Part shown: one piece after another, positions 41,540-55,653 of the stretch
Layout: the number at the start of each line of letters is the position of its first letter
Numbering within the stretch: the first letter of the stretch is position 1
DNA from: Acanthaster planci
Lineage: Eukaryota
Direction of reading: 5' to 3'
NCBI RefSeq assembly: GCF_001949145.1
Contig: NW_019091358.1
Coordinates: forward strand, 2,304,240 to 2,368,239
Length of the DNA stretch: 64,000 nucleotides
Notes under the pieces: model-generated
Databases searched by the model: none
Seen by the model: the letters and a program-made list of their open reading frames with translations, nothing else
What the model was told of the DNA's origin: nothing
Made by a program: the position numbers and the translations under genes

Positions 41540-43386
41540 GAAATATTCCTTATTTTATTCAAAGCTGAAGTGAACGAAAAGTTTTCATTTGGGATATGAC
41601 AAGCACTGTCACACATCATATAAAAGAGCCCGCAAATGGTCTCGGCGTGAGGTAAAATTTACCCCACACCGTTCAGGACAAACCTCATTTCAACTTCCTT
41701 CAAGCCAACGCTTTAGTTCAAAATCCAGACCGTCCTCCTCCAAAGCTCAAGAACTCCTTTCAATTACGGTGTTAATAAACTAGAGGAGGTGGGCTTAGGC
41801 CCTGATTTAGTTATTCCTTTAATGAATAGCGAGTCCAAGAATATAGGCCGATTCTATTTCCCCACCTCCGATAGAAATCTCCACGGACAACGTACCCGAC
41901 GATTTATCATATAGATTGGGGAATGACGCATCTTCGTTTTGTCCCTTCCTTGAACTAGGCTCCCACTCCTGATTTGACGAGGCCAGCCCGCGTGGGAATT
42001 ATTGATATCTCACGACTGCATGTTCAGCGCCCGCGTCCCTCTGTGCCCGCTGTGCACGGGGTGCCTTTGAAACGGGCACGACTGGCAAGGTAAGTTAGCA
42101 AACTGTGCCGAACCGCTTCACCAAACGTATTCTATTGTCACTACGGAAACCTCTGTCGCATGCAACTGAAGGGAGAAACCACCCTGATCAAACAGCCATC
42201 CGTTGACTTTTCACTCGGGCAATTTACTTAGAAATTAATATCACGGCGTGTGAATACGCCTGTGGGGCGATACATGAACATCCTACAGTATTGGTAAAAC
42301 GACGCTTAAGTAGGAAATACGAATAGATGTGAACTGGAACCATGTCTGAGGGTGATTTACTTTTTAATGAGTGTTATGACGCCCATGTCTCAAAGTCTGT
42401 CTAAATCACGAGCTTGGAAGTAGGTTCAAGGGGTCAAATAATTGTAACCGTAATTGTAATTGAAATATTGCACCAAAGAAGCACACTGTTTAACTTATGT
42501 CAAAAATTTTTTTGTTTTGGGGAAGCTCGCTTTCTAAGATGCTCTTTCTCTTTGCACGAACACTTTAAGCGTAAAGGTTTCATACAAGAGTTTTCCAAAT
42601 CACTTATGAGGTCAGAGCATGTACAATTTATAGATGCAAGCTGAAATTTCCCTAAGTTAACAATACCATGTGAGCTAATTCACTCCTTCAGAAAATATGT
42701 ACAATTGAAAAAAGATTTAGATGTGGACAAATTTTACACAAATTTAAGAAATTCATCAATATAGCCTAGGAAACTGTTGTACTTCACTTTTCAGCTGGTA
42801 CGTATGTAGAGTCTTGCTGTTATTTACGTATCCACGGTTACCATCGTAAATTTTAATCAGTGGACCCACTATGTTTGTGTCCTTCCTCCATGGTTTCAAG
42901 TTACAGATGTGGAATGGTTTTCCAATGTGTTTTTACAGCTTTAAAAACGTGCGAGCCTTTTCCGTGGATATGCTTGAGCACATCCCCAATATGTTTAAAT
43001 AGAAAAGCCAAATTTACCTATCAGATGGCAAATCTGCGCAGCCTTGAGCGAGCAAGTCTTGTAGGAGATGCAATCTGCATATTATAACAATAAACCAAAT
43101 GCAGCTGACGGGAATTGGCCTCTGCATCCCGCCGCCAGTGTGCTTTGATAACCTTCGACAAACACCTAAGCTCCTTTATTCTCGGATTATGCAGTTTTGA
43201 GATAAGTTCAAGGTGGCCAACTGCTGGTCACCTCGGCATACCGCTTTTCCCTTTTCGTTTCTTTCTTCTTCTTGTGGGCTTCAAATTACATGAACATGTT
43301 TGCATGAGTGTGATTGGATGGATAATCGATGGCAGTGAAATACAACCCTTGAGATGAATTTGGAATACATGTGATACTACAGTATC

Positions 43387-43612
43387 CAGGCGTGGAACCG
43401 GGGTTCGATAACAAAGGTTTTTAAAAATGGGAGAAATAACTGAAGTGTAACTGAAATGGCTGAAGTGTACAAAGGTAAGTGCACCAGTACCACTGCAAAC
43501 AATGTATGCCATGTAATATTTCACCCATATTTCTGCATGTCCCAATAGTAAGACATCTAACAAAAAACCCGACCTGACCCCCCCTCTTTGAAAATTCCTG
43601 GATCCGCCCCTG
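43387..43612. mobile_element. Second MITE of the same ...GGATCCGCCCCTG family
   Basis: Right end CCCCCCTCTTTGAAAATTCCTGGATCCGCCCCTG matches the 41.5 kb copy. The left end is degenerate (CAGGCGTGGAACCGGGG). GTATC occurs on both flanks. Confidence 0.5.
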
Positions 43613-46600
43613 GTATCGGTGTCTACCATGGTTAAATTCAACTCATCAAAAGAAGCTGGCATTCCCTGTTTTTGGTTTCAGAGCTAACCAGGTCTGTAAA
43701 ACCTATAATAAAAATATAAGGGTCTAGTGTAATTAGAATGGGTGGTTTTATTGAGTGAGGGTAGGCGTTAAATGCGGCGCAAATTCCAGTGCGCGAGTTT
43801 CCAATGATTTACAATTTCACAATTATTTGACATTTGACTACTCTGTTTAATAAGAATTATTAAGTAGATTTTACGTAGTAAACATAATTGATGGTGTATG
43901 TACCATTCCTTGTCAAGTGACTTCTATTAAAACAATTGTTTGCAATGCATGTGTCTTTAATTTTTCGTAAATACCTGTAATTTTACCCTCTCTTTTTTCT
44001 AGTTGTTATTTAATTCTTTTAAATGACACACATATGGTTTTTATATGTCATTTTTTTAATAACCACTTACCACCATTACTATAAGCCGATAATGTTTGAG
44101 CCTTGGCAAATTATGTCATCTCAAGCGCGAATACTTAATGTTTTAAAAAGATACAGAGGGAGAGAGAGGCAGCGGCAGAAGGATGAATGGTGATATAACG
44201 ACAGGTCGAATCTTTATGCTGCAGAGCGACCGTGAAAAAATGCTGCAAAAATGATCTGTTCCTAGAGGCATGTCGTGTTCATTCCAGTGAACCGAATAAC
44301 ATTGTTTGCATCCGGCTAGACACGCTTGAACTTTATATATTACACGTGTACCCCCATCGGATGCATGTCCCTCGCCTACGAGCTAATAGTGGTTTAAAGC
44401 TTGCAGATGTAGCGGGTAAGATAAAGTTTAATTCATTTCGTTGTTTCTCCTAGCAAACGCATCATGTGCAAATCGGTGACTCGTTTTAAATTCTTTCCCG
44501 CTTTCTTTTGAATTAATAAATTGTTCAGTCCCTTACTGACGGCACTATAATTGGTCAATATCCCCTTTCAGTATCTTAGCTAGTTGGCTTCAAACTATTC
44601 TTGCAGTAGCTACCGGAAGTTTACCTCTGGTGAGCTAATATAGGGCTTCATATTATATATCGAAAAACTGGATTTTTAAAAAGTAGCAGGAAGCACCCTT
44701 CTTTTACTTTGAATTGAAAAAATGCTTTATGAATTTGAAAATAATGTTTCATGTGGACAAGAATACAATATCAATGGCTCACCAATGTTCTTTGAAGAAT
44801 CTACTATCATAGCGTGGCATTGTGTTCTGTCGTCTCTGTCTGCAGCTGATGCTGAAAAGATGAACCAAAAAAGATTACGACATCAATAATTGAACAATTC
44901 TAAGCTTGCGAAATGAGACAAATACAAAAATACAACTGGCATTTTCTTCACACCAGTCCATTCCGTGGCTATGTTCATTATTTTGCAGATCTCTCTTCTT
45001 TTATCAGAAAAGCTTGTATTTTCTTAATTAGGAAACAATGGAACCGATATATGCACCGGGTAAGTGGCTGGGGTGGAAGTATATTGCCTTATTATACTAC
45101 TAAATTAAATTTCATATAAGAGAACCTATATTAAATAAGCAGAAAATGCACACATGCACACTTCATTTGAACCGACTATGCACTATAAGCATAATTAATT
45201 GCTAAATGAACGTGCTTAGACATGTTGCTGCAGTCGATCACTGTTTGTGTCTGATCTCGCTCAAGGCACCAGACATCATGCGATGTACATGTTAGGCAGA
45301 CGATTGAAATTATTCTACTTCTTCCAGTATTCTGCAGCGTCCTAGACTGTCTATGTGATTAGCAAATGGAAAAGTTTACCCCTAAAAAACTGCACCTTCA
45401 CTGAAAGGTAAGGGTCTTGTTCTGTTACACGTATATTCGCATTTTGCAAAATGGTATGACAACACCAACAAAATAACCCTTAACTTCAATTTAAAACATA
45501 CTAATATCCTGCCTCTGACCTAATGTATGCATCAAAGCATAAAATAAATCATTTATGAGCATGTAGACATAAAATAAAGGCTTGTTATCATTTATAAAGC
45601 ATTGGTTGCAAGAAAGCGTCTGGTGAAAGATTTGGCAAACATTCACTCATAAAAGCAGCTGTGGCCTAAAAAGGAGTTCTGCAACAGTCATCCACTGGGA
45701 CTTCTATCCATGCTAAACTGCATTTGATTTCGGTCAGACAAAAAAGCTTAAATGGGCCTCAAGATGGGTCAAGAGCGGGGGTTATTTCTTCAGCAACGGA
45801 GGCTCCTTTCGTACTAACGGCGCCTCGCTGGTTCACAAACGACTACGAAACACAAGCGTTGCAGTCGAGTCGATACCAACAAAATGAATACTCCCGACCA
45901 CAGGGCTCTTTTCAACCAATGAGGGGGTGCTTCTGCTCGAGGCGGATAGGAACACGAGGACTCTTGATGGCTGGACGCGGATCGCACTATGTAGGGCACT
46001 TTGATAGGGAACACCGTAGGCCAATTTAGGCGATGGGGAGGGATTGTAGAACTCAAGCAGAAGTGGTAACAGAGGGCGGGCTTTCGAGCATCAACCAGAG
46101 CAATCTGTAAAGAGCTTTGGCAGCAACCTCCTCTGCTTTGACTCCAAGGATCTCAAGCTCTGCTTTTGCATCGTGCATGCAGTTGCAAATGTATCATTAA
46201 TCAAAAAGAAACGAGTGAGCAACTCTCCGCGAGTAGCAAGGGAAATCAACCGTACGTGGCATGACCTAATTTTCCGAAGTAATCCGTTATGGGCAACCCC
46301 TCTCAAAAAAAAAAAACACAATTGTGTAACACACAAGGGATGTCTGCTAGTCCTGCATAAAGAAATTGCAAATATTATGAAATAAAAACATTCTGCGATA
46401 AAATATACACATAATCGGTTGTAAATTCTCTGCAAAACATCAGAATGGTAATTACTCACTCTTTACTATCGAGTCAAGGAAATTCAATCTGATGCCGAAA
46501 TTCCACACTAGTCTGCGTATTTTCTTCATTGTTTGCTCAAGGGGGTTTACCTCTTGTTAAATATTCATGCTTTTCCATTGGCAAAACGTCACACAGTTTT

Positions 46601-48764
46601 GTCAAACTTGAAAGGTTTTTGTGTCACCACGGAATTGGGCAGTGTTACATAAACAATGCTCAAGTTAAACACGAATAAGCACAAATAAATTCATCTCTCC
46701 CAAACTTTCTTATCAACATAGCGAAATTCGATGACCGAGATCTGAGCTTATCCATTCCGACTAAAATGTTTTATTCACCTCATTATTAAAGAGAAGAAAG
46801 GAAAATCAGCGTGATCGCCAGGGGAATTTTTTTCTGAATGCAGGGGGCATTCAGTTTTTTAGTTAGCGACAACTTCTTGACCAGCAGGTTCTGCTGCGCG
46901 TGCAAAATCCGTAATTACTCGTGGAATCACCGTCTAAGATGCTGGATATGTTTTCGAGGAAATTGGAAAAGCAGTAACAAACTAGACGAGCGAAAGCCCA
47001 AGGGACACAGAAGCAGTGCCTTAAGCATTGAGGTTAGAGAGTAAGTACAAACACGATTCTATATCTTAAGGACAAATGGAATAGAAATTATATGTCTGAA
47101 CTTCCTGTACGATTTCACGAGATTGACAGCTTTTGAGATTCAAAACCAACAGCCGCTTTGCTATTGTTGGAATTTAATAAATGCTGACTTTACAGAAAGG
47201 ATGTTTCATATCTCCTTTTCTGGGTGCTGCTAAATATATTATTACACTCAAAAGTGAAGGACGCAATTTGTCATCAAACTTGTACGTTTGTTTGGTCGAG
47301 GTAGCTTTAATATGTGAGAAATTAACATTTAATGAACTTTTAGAGACGGCAGGTTATTTCAAAAGCGCATGCCTTGTTTATTATTTGGATTTGGTCTGTG
47401 AACCTTATATGCACTTCAGAACTTTCATTAAGCTTGCTTATTTTATCATGGTCCCGTCTCATTGTGCATGGACCAGTCGCCCATGCTAAATACTGATTTA
47501 ATGAAATAAATAATTGGTGTACGCGCAACTGCCTATTTTGCTCATCCCAAGAATTTTGGATGAGGCTCACTTTCTTTTGGACATGTGGCATTGACCTTTT
47601 GATAAAAGTCTTATCCTTCACGTCTGGGTTTGCACGGTTAAGGTATTTTTGTCGTTGTGGTAATAAAGTTGAAAGGCCTTTTAAAGGAAGGCACTAAAAA
47701 GCTTCTCCTTCAGGTTCTTTAAAACTGCCAATCTTCTCACAAAATTGATGTAAGTTCAGCTTTCTCCAGATGACACCATCTCTAGAAACAACGATTTTTC
47801 ATTCCATTAACGCAGTGCTGTTGAGACTTTACGAAGCTCAGCCCTCAAGTTCATAACGTGAACAACCAACGCTTCCAGTTCACCCGATTTAAGTCCCAAA
47901 AGTAGGTCTCGAAAAGGTCAGTATTGACACTGAAAGGATATTACAGTATGTTGTAGAATTCGTTCCTGAATCTGAGCAACAGAGAACAAAAGGTCCCAGG
48001 TTAGGTAATGATGCCTTATAATGCAATAATGTACAAATCCTATCCAAATTCTTCCAATAAAGTTAAGATGCAAACAGAAGAACGAGTAGAATCTGTGGAA
48101 TTATAAAATATAGCTCTTATGTCCCCAGAATCTGGCCAAAAATATCCCACCAAAAGAAATTTCCCATTCAATGCGGAGCCGTCCAGGGCATGGCAAGGCT
48201 GAAGGTATTTACACATTTGTGTCTGTTTGCCGTTCCGATTTTGTGTTTCTCAAACATAAGAGGTGATTCACTGCACCAGCAATCTCGTACCCAAGGAATA
48301 AAATGATAACAAACAAAGTTCTTCCAATATGTATCCCCTGAATAACCCTCCCCGGAATGCAATTAAGTAAAGCGTCGCTAAGGTCTGGATCGGCCAATGC
48401 CATGGACACAATTAAGCCATCACCTGTTCCAGTCATGACATTTTACAAACTGGCGTCTCTGCCCCTTTCAGCCGTTCACCTGGCTAATTAGATATGGCAT
48501 CACATCAAAGAGGGCCGGCACTAGGCTCAGGCCCACTCCCCCACCTGTCAGGGGGCCACGCTGCGATTAAGACGCCTGGACAAGCTGATTTTGTACGGTG
48601 GCTGGCATGGGTAAGTTGCATCTTTTCTTTCTACCTGCATCAAGCCAATCTGAAATAAGGGGCTCAAATGATCAGGAGGAGACAGCGGCTGAAAATAAGC
48701 TCATCAAGTGAATATTTCCTTGAATCGTTGTCACTGGTTAAAGCTGCAAAGGTTTAAGTAATTC

Positions 48765-48850
48765 AATCAATGGGGGGAGCAATTGATATAGTATCCTTGG
48801 AAAGGTGGGAGACATGTCCCCCCCCCGTCCCCCAACGATTGACGTCCATG
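48765..48850. mobile_element. hAT-like MITE fragment (GGGAGACATGTCCCCCCCCGTCCCCCAACGATTGACGTCCATG end)
   Basis: GGGA.ACATGTCCC hairpin and an ...ATTGACGTCCATG terminus of the kind seen in small invertebrate hAT derivatives. Partner end not securely identified. Confidence 0.35.
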
Positions 48851-50469
48851 GGTGTGTATAAGAGGGCACATCTTCTGGTCAGTCGTGTCGCTTGTCAGTC
48901 ATTCAACTGGCAAATAGTCATTTAACTGAACATTAACCTAAACATATTTTTTACGAGTTCACAAGAAACACTCTAGGAATTCTGAATACACCTTTCGTTC
49001 CAACACACTATTTCTGGGCTCCTTACTAGCGTGTCCTTTCAACTTTATCAAGCACTTTCTTTGCAAGCATTTAAAATTGTTTCGTTTAGATTTATTTATG
49101 CGACAAAGGCTTCCGATCCTAACGCTTATGAATGGCCCGTAAGTTCAAGTTGTTATTTCTACTGCCAGCAGTCTTCCGCACCGACAGGGATAACATGATA
49201 GTTTTTTTATTTATAGCGCACCTGATATTTAGGTGCAGTTATCATTCAAATTGTGTCCATAGCCTCATAGTTTATGCATGTGGCCGTTCTTCTAAAGATT
49301 TTCTCGAATCCAGGTGTTACTGAAATTTACAGGCGTTGTTTGGTCTTGACACTTCGGTCAATCAATCGACTGGTTCAAGTTCAGGTGTAGGCCTAACTGT
49401 GGTGTACTCTTCAATGTGCCATTCATGCTTGCTATTTCTAACTGGCCTGTGATTTGTGGGGCTACCGTTATGGACCCGAGACCTAAATTTGGCCCAGCAG
49501 TAAATGCAACTCAATCCGAATGCTGAAGGTTTTAGGCTATTATTTAGAACAGAGATACAAATGCGTTCATATCGGAGGTTACATTTGAGGGCTTGTTTCA
49601 CACTTCTGTAAACGGCTCGGTCTTGCGCTATATTTTGACTCACCACAAGATTTTAATCGCATACTAATGAATGACCATAGTACTCAACGCCCCAAACTTG
49701 CGTCCCAAAATGCACACAATATGTCCCCATTACATCTGCGTGCGGTTCCACCGGACCTATTTAGAGAGAGCATTGCGACATAAGTTTCTCAATTGTTGGA
49801 ACCAAAATGGTGTACCGATGCCTTACCAAAACCTGCTTTGATTCAAAAATATAAAATTGGCGCTACTCTCTATAAACAGCTCTGTGTTCCACTTGAGAGT
49901 GCTGCCCTGTAAAATGCAAGTAAAGTGCGGTATGAAGAGTTAGATTTTCACATACTGATGTTGCTTATTACCACTTATCGTATATGAATGGTGATGAGAA
50001 TCTTTTAGGTTCAAGATATTTTGCCGTGAATGAGTAGGCTTAATTTTCCGTTTTAACACACTTTAACAAAAAATTTATAACAAAATGACATTACGTCACA
50101 TCTTAATCTTCTTTATATTCTTATTGCTTTGGTCTGGCAATCACAGGTTAGCATGTTAAGCAAGACATGACTTTGGCGTTGGCTATGAACTAGGAAACCA
50201 AATGAGGCACATAAAACCTTGCACCTGTTAAATTGAACTACTTGAAAATCTCTCATATTCCAACAGTCAGAGCAGCTAAATACCGACAACGCATGTACGG
50301 TCACACGTCGGTCGGTTCAGCATAATAACCGAAAGAAACCTCTTGCCTTGCCGTTGTTATCACCCTTCACTGCTGGTCGTTGAATATTTTACAAATATGA
50401 ATAAAAGCCAAGAGGATTTCGGCTACCAAGATTTATTAACAAGAGTAGTGAAGTGTCGTATTTGATTTA

Positions 50470-50745
50470 GGCCCATGACACACTCCAAATACCATCTCAG
50501 CTCTAAGGGGAAAGTACAGCTCGATGCTGCTATTTTCGGCGCAAAGCAGCTAAATCAACCACAATAACCATCTCAGCCCTCACGGGGTACCCAATTACTC
50601 CTTGGTGGACAGAGGCAACGAGTGACAAAGTGCCTTGCCCAAGGGCACATGCACCATGACCCCAGGCTGGATTTGAACCCGCAACCTGTGGATTTACTTG
50701 CCGACTACGAATCCGATGCTCTTAACCGCAAGGCAACGGCACACC
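50470..50745 (-). mobile_element. tRNA-derived SINE
   Basis: On the minus strand: A-box-like TTGCCTTGCGGTTAAGAGC, B-box GGTTCAAATCC (50679-50669), then a typical SINE core (GTGCCCTTGGGCAAGGCACTTT...CTCTGTCCACCAAGGAGTAATTGGGTACC). It does not fold as a complete tRNA. Confidence 0.8.
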
Positions 50746-53700
50746 AACAAACAGTTTTTGTTGTGTGTTGTTTTTAAATATCCCACTTCCCCTCCAATTT
50801 CGTGAGGATTTAATCAACCATCAGTCAACATGTAAATCTTGTCATTGACGTCTGTAATCTCTACTTCGGGCCGCTTGCCTCAAGAGACCAGTCGCAAGTA
50901 AGCTGACACTCTGTGTCTTGACATTTACCGCGAATCTCCGGGCCTCGAACTCGAGAAAATAACGTTGGATTATATCAAAGACAGAGGTGGCAGCAGTACA
51001 ACTACGATTAATCCCACTCAATTTAGCAGGAAGTTTAAAAAACAAATAAGTCGCTATGTACGGAAAAAAGACAGGGTCTTCCAAACTTCACCAAAATAAC
51101 CGTGGTAGGATTAACTTCAAAAGTCAAAATTGAGAAACTAATATAGGCAAATACGTACCACATATAACATATTACACGTGGTAACCTAAATAAAAACAAT
51201 TCAATCTTTGGTACATTAGTTTGGCTAAAATTAGCCACTTTCTACCGGGCACTTTGGTCGGAGAAAAAATAATGATACTACTGAAATATGTGATATGTGA
51301 AACAATAGAAAGGCAATAGAAACTAACCAAAACCATTTTCTCTTTTAGACGAATTATCCAAAACTGTCCAGCCACTGCTCTGAACTTGACGCACCCACTG
51401 CTCTTCCCGATAAACATCAAGCTCCTGTCAAACAAGCTTTGCTAGAGGGACGACCCAAACCCTGAAAATCTGCACGATATCCTGGATCAATCAGACCTAA
51501 TGTGACGTCGTTTGGACGCTAAAAACGAAACAAGTAAAAAGAAAATGGCCTTGCTTGAGGTCTCCCTCTTCCTTATGCCCCCCCCCCATCTCTCTTCGGT
51601 CTAGAAATCTGAATGCGACAATTAGCCGTTTCAGATTGATTTCCCCTCGGATTTCCTATGGCGAGCTGACAGATCAAGCCATGGACAGGGGCCGGAGGAA
51701 ATGTGTCGATTTTATTTTGGAATTCGGTTGAACATGGTTGGAAAGGAAAGGTGTTATCACGTAACCTAGTTTTGTGCAGTGAGAACTCGTTTTAAATTTA
51801 TTCATGACTTTGGGGAGATTTTGGGAGTTATCCAGAACAAATATTTGTTGTCAACTTTCTTCGTCCTCATCAAAACTCGGGCTCTCGCAAATGTTCTGCC
51901 TCAGGCAACTGAATTGTCTGAGTTTCAGTAATAATCAAATGCGACAGAATAGGAAGGTGTCTTCACTAGCGATTTCAAAACCTTTTTATCTCTGCATTAA
52001 CTTTTGTATACTTAATAGAAACAAATATCAATACAACATAGTATGTGATCATCATGAGGGGGATATTACATTTACCGTCAACATTCCTCATACTAATTCT
52101 CAGTTGTAATACCTGCATTTTCTGCATTGATTACTTATGGTAACACAAAATACGCGTAGAAGCTGGTATTTGAACAAACGTATGGAGTATTTCATACGTT
52201 CACTGCACCCGTCCAATGAAGTTATGAAGGTATTATGAATTCAATACTGTGTCGTTCCTGTCGCCAAATTGCCCATAATGCAAAAATGAGGTAGACTCCC
52301 CGTGCTAACCTCTTGGTGGCGCTATGCATAAAAATTACATGAAAAATGTTTTCTCATTTGGTATTGATCAAAGATTAGATGCTCCGGTTTGATGGATCAC
52401 GTTGTTGTTGTTGTTGCTGGTGCTGCTGCTTCTTTTGTAATCCCATACACCAGTCCTGTTATAACAGCAGAAGATATTGGTAAGCACGTGTCTCCATTAA
52501 AAGGGAACAATCCCTTGAGCAGTACAGGATATTTATAACAGCGTGTGACGGTTTGGTACAGCTGATAGCCGAGTAAGGCGTTTGCGCTCAGTCAAGCAGC
52601 TATCAAAACATTTTAGGTGGCCTACGTCTGCGCACTACCCATTACTAAGCCCACATCTAACAATATATCAAAATTTAGTACTGAGTCAAAAATAGTGATT
52701 TAAATCTCGCATACATGTATAGACAAAATCTCCAGTCTAGTCCATATATTTCACGTTGGTAAATTGTGTCCTGTGTATTTGACAGTGCAACAGGTGTACA
52801 TTTACTGTCCAACATGGCAATATCCGATTCGAAGAGCTTTCTATATTGAAAAATCTGAAGTTTGCCTTTCTAGTGCTCTGGTGTACACCATTTTCTGGCA
52901 GCTGAAACTCCAAGTTTGTCTGAGAAATCTGTGAATATGTCAGTCCAGGAGAAAGTACCACTCAGTGAAGAAAACGAGAAATGGAAATTATCAGGAGTGC
53001 TTTACAAGGGAAATTTTCTCCTAGGTATGACCTTTATCTCAGAAGGATACGTGTTCATTAAAAACTTGTCGGCCTTGTTCTGAACCTGTCAAAACAAGTG
53101 CTGCATCGAATTCGTTACAATTGAATTTACGTAACACGATCACGTAGTCTACGTTTTTAGTGAAAAAAGACAAAAACTCAAAACAAACCGATGTGTTATC
53201 CCTATTGCTGACATTTGCACATTACATGATAATGTGGAAATTCTTTTTTTTTATATAGTTTGGTTTGTCGGGAACACGAGAAGCCAAAGTTGTTTGTTTA
53301 AGAAATATCATTTATAAATTAGTTTAATATCACAGCCTATCAACATAACTCTGCATTGCAATATTTCGAAAAAAATATAACATAGGCCTAAGTGTCTACG
53401 AATTCTAAATTTCTTGAGAATGAAGGCCCAAATGAATCCTAAAAACTGATATATAGCCCTTCATAAAAAGCCAGATTTTTGAAAAATATCAATAAGTCAA
53501 AGCAAGGCAATAGATATAGCTTAATTTTCACGTGAGGAAGCTGAGAAACAGCTTTTAATATACCTCACCCCTCTCCTCTGCAGAGGCAGTGACATACCTA
53601 ACACGATGAGAAAGAATTTTTAAGTAATGCCCAAAAATGGAAAGAGAATTTTTTCATTCTTATGGTGGGCCCAGAATACTACTGCTCGCAAATTTCAAGC

Positions 53701-54908
53701 ACGGATCATCATTGAGAAACATATCGAGGGGGCACAAAACACACCTATGTCGCTGTTTACTTTTCACGCGCAGAAAAACAGGTCGTAGATTGGACCAGCC
53801 GAGGATTTTGACATGGGGCTGCTCGACTTAGATACACCCGACAGCCCCCACGAGACCTGTCTCCTCCTATGCAGTGTGCTAATTAGGTAACACTATACCT
53901 GTCGTCATATTTTTCCGCCAGCAGGGAGTGCGCCGTGACCCACCAGCCGAAAGACACAGTATGAAACATTTATGGGGAATACGATGAGGAAACTACCGTA
54001 TTTGTCGTGCAGAATATTTTGACCCATTTGTGTCTCAGTAGTTATACACAGGAAGCTGGCAGTTGAAGTGTTTTTTGTCATTAGTTGACGGATCAAGGCT
54101 CACAAGAAAAACAGGAGTCGCACGTAGTAACTCTTTTTGTATGCCTGGTGCCAGAAATGGGCAGTTCGTCGATTTAACGCTGTGATTGGCAAACAAGGTT
54201 GCGGTGGTGATCATGTGATGCTTGTTCAGCACATAGAATACCACAAGGTAGTTAAAAGTATAACAAGAATGTACTCCGTAATCAACTGAAACGAATTTTT
54301 GCATTCCTGTCATGTTGCGTTAAATACTGCAAAAATAGCACAAGGTGCGGTTCTACAAGAGGCTACTCCCCTAATACACACACACAGAGCTACCAAATTA
54401 AAAAAAACAGCCAATGGTACTGTCAAGAGCAACAACCTAGAATAGTTTTTTTCTGTGCAACTTTTAAAAATGGCGCTCTAGTTAACGTTTGGCTCATTCA
54501 ATTTAACTTAAAATTGTTTGACTATCCAGATCAACATTCAATCAGCCAAAATAATGATTCAATTTAAGCCCATGAGCATGCGGTTGCAAATTCCTTTTAA
54601 ACAAAAAAGGCAAAGTTGCAATTTAAGTTAGGAAATCCTAGGAACAGCAGTCAAATTCGCTTGGTCACTCTGTGGTACTCGTAATAGACGTGATTTCGTG
54701 GATAAGGCAAGCTTTTTTGACATCTGTGCAATGTTTTTCATCGAAGGGTAAGTAATAAATTTGAAACATTTGAGGTTTGGTTAATTTATTTAAATAATAC
54801 CGTGAAGAAAAAGTGATTCACTGACAAAGAAATCGCTCTTAGTAGACTAATATATCACCTTCAAGGAAGGAGAACCTCTTATTCTATGAGCTCAAACGTT
54901 GAAACGAG

Positions 54909-55025
54909 ATGGCAGAAGCTCGTGCTAGCTACACAAGAATATCTACTGTGGATCGTGGTCGTTTGATTGAAGCATTTGAGGGAAATGGTCAAGATTACCT
55001 AGAACTGGCAGTCAACCTTGGAATA
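54909..55025 (+). pseudogene. Truncated Tc1/IS630-like transposase N-terminal helix-turn-helix fragment
   Basis: MAEARASYTRISTVDRGRLIEAFEGNGQDYLELAVNLGI matches the style of the first HTH of IS630-Tc1-mariner transposases, then degenerates. A family TIR-like end (ATTCGGCCGAGAAAGCC|TA) lies downstream at about 55560-55578. Confidence 0.55.
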
Positions 55026-55653
55026 ATGAAGATTTGTGAAAAGAAAGGAAAAAATAATTGGTTTCGTGTAATCCGCAATTTTCTATTTCAAAAGAAAGAA
55101 TGAAAACTCGATATTATCCCAAGGAAAACATTTAACAGTTGAAAAGTATTATTCATAAAGTTAAATTAAAAGGTTAGGGATAATAAAGGTCCAAGGCAAA
55201 TATCGCCAACGATTACGAAGTCTCTGGAACTGTACGCGTATCATAATTATACAGAAACTCTATCTTGTCTCCAATGTTCAGATAACGTATACTTTTAAAA
55301 GCTTACATTGTGAATATGAGTGCCCATTGACGAAAATGAAAGTAAAATTTGTGTCCGAATTCACCACCGAGTCACCCAGAGCGAAATTGAGTGACGCTTG
55401 TGCATCACGAAATTGAATCCTTGAAAGTGCACGATTCGACGTCTACAAACGAAATTGGACGTGCAAAGTTTCGAAAATTAACCACAGGAATAACGGGCTT
55501 CGAGAAATTGAAAATCGAATGTGAATGCACGTTCACAAATATGAATACTGTTTACACTAATTCGGCCGAGAAAGCCTATACTAGCACCTGTAAAATTACG
55601 CCGTCGAACGTACACAACGAATTATACCATTCACCTCTGCATTCACTATTATA

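Noticed and set aside
50660..50745. tRNA gene
   Set aside because: A and B boxes are present, but there is no complete cloverleaf and it runs into a SINE core, so it is called a SINE head.
51670..51695. REST/RE1 site (CCATGGACAGGGGCC)
   Set aside because: Only the right half-site matches; the left half TCAGCAC is absent.
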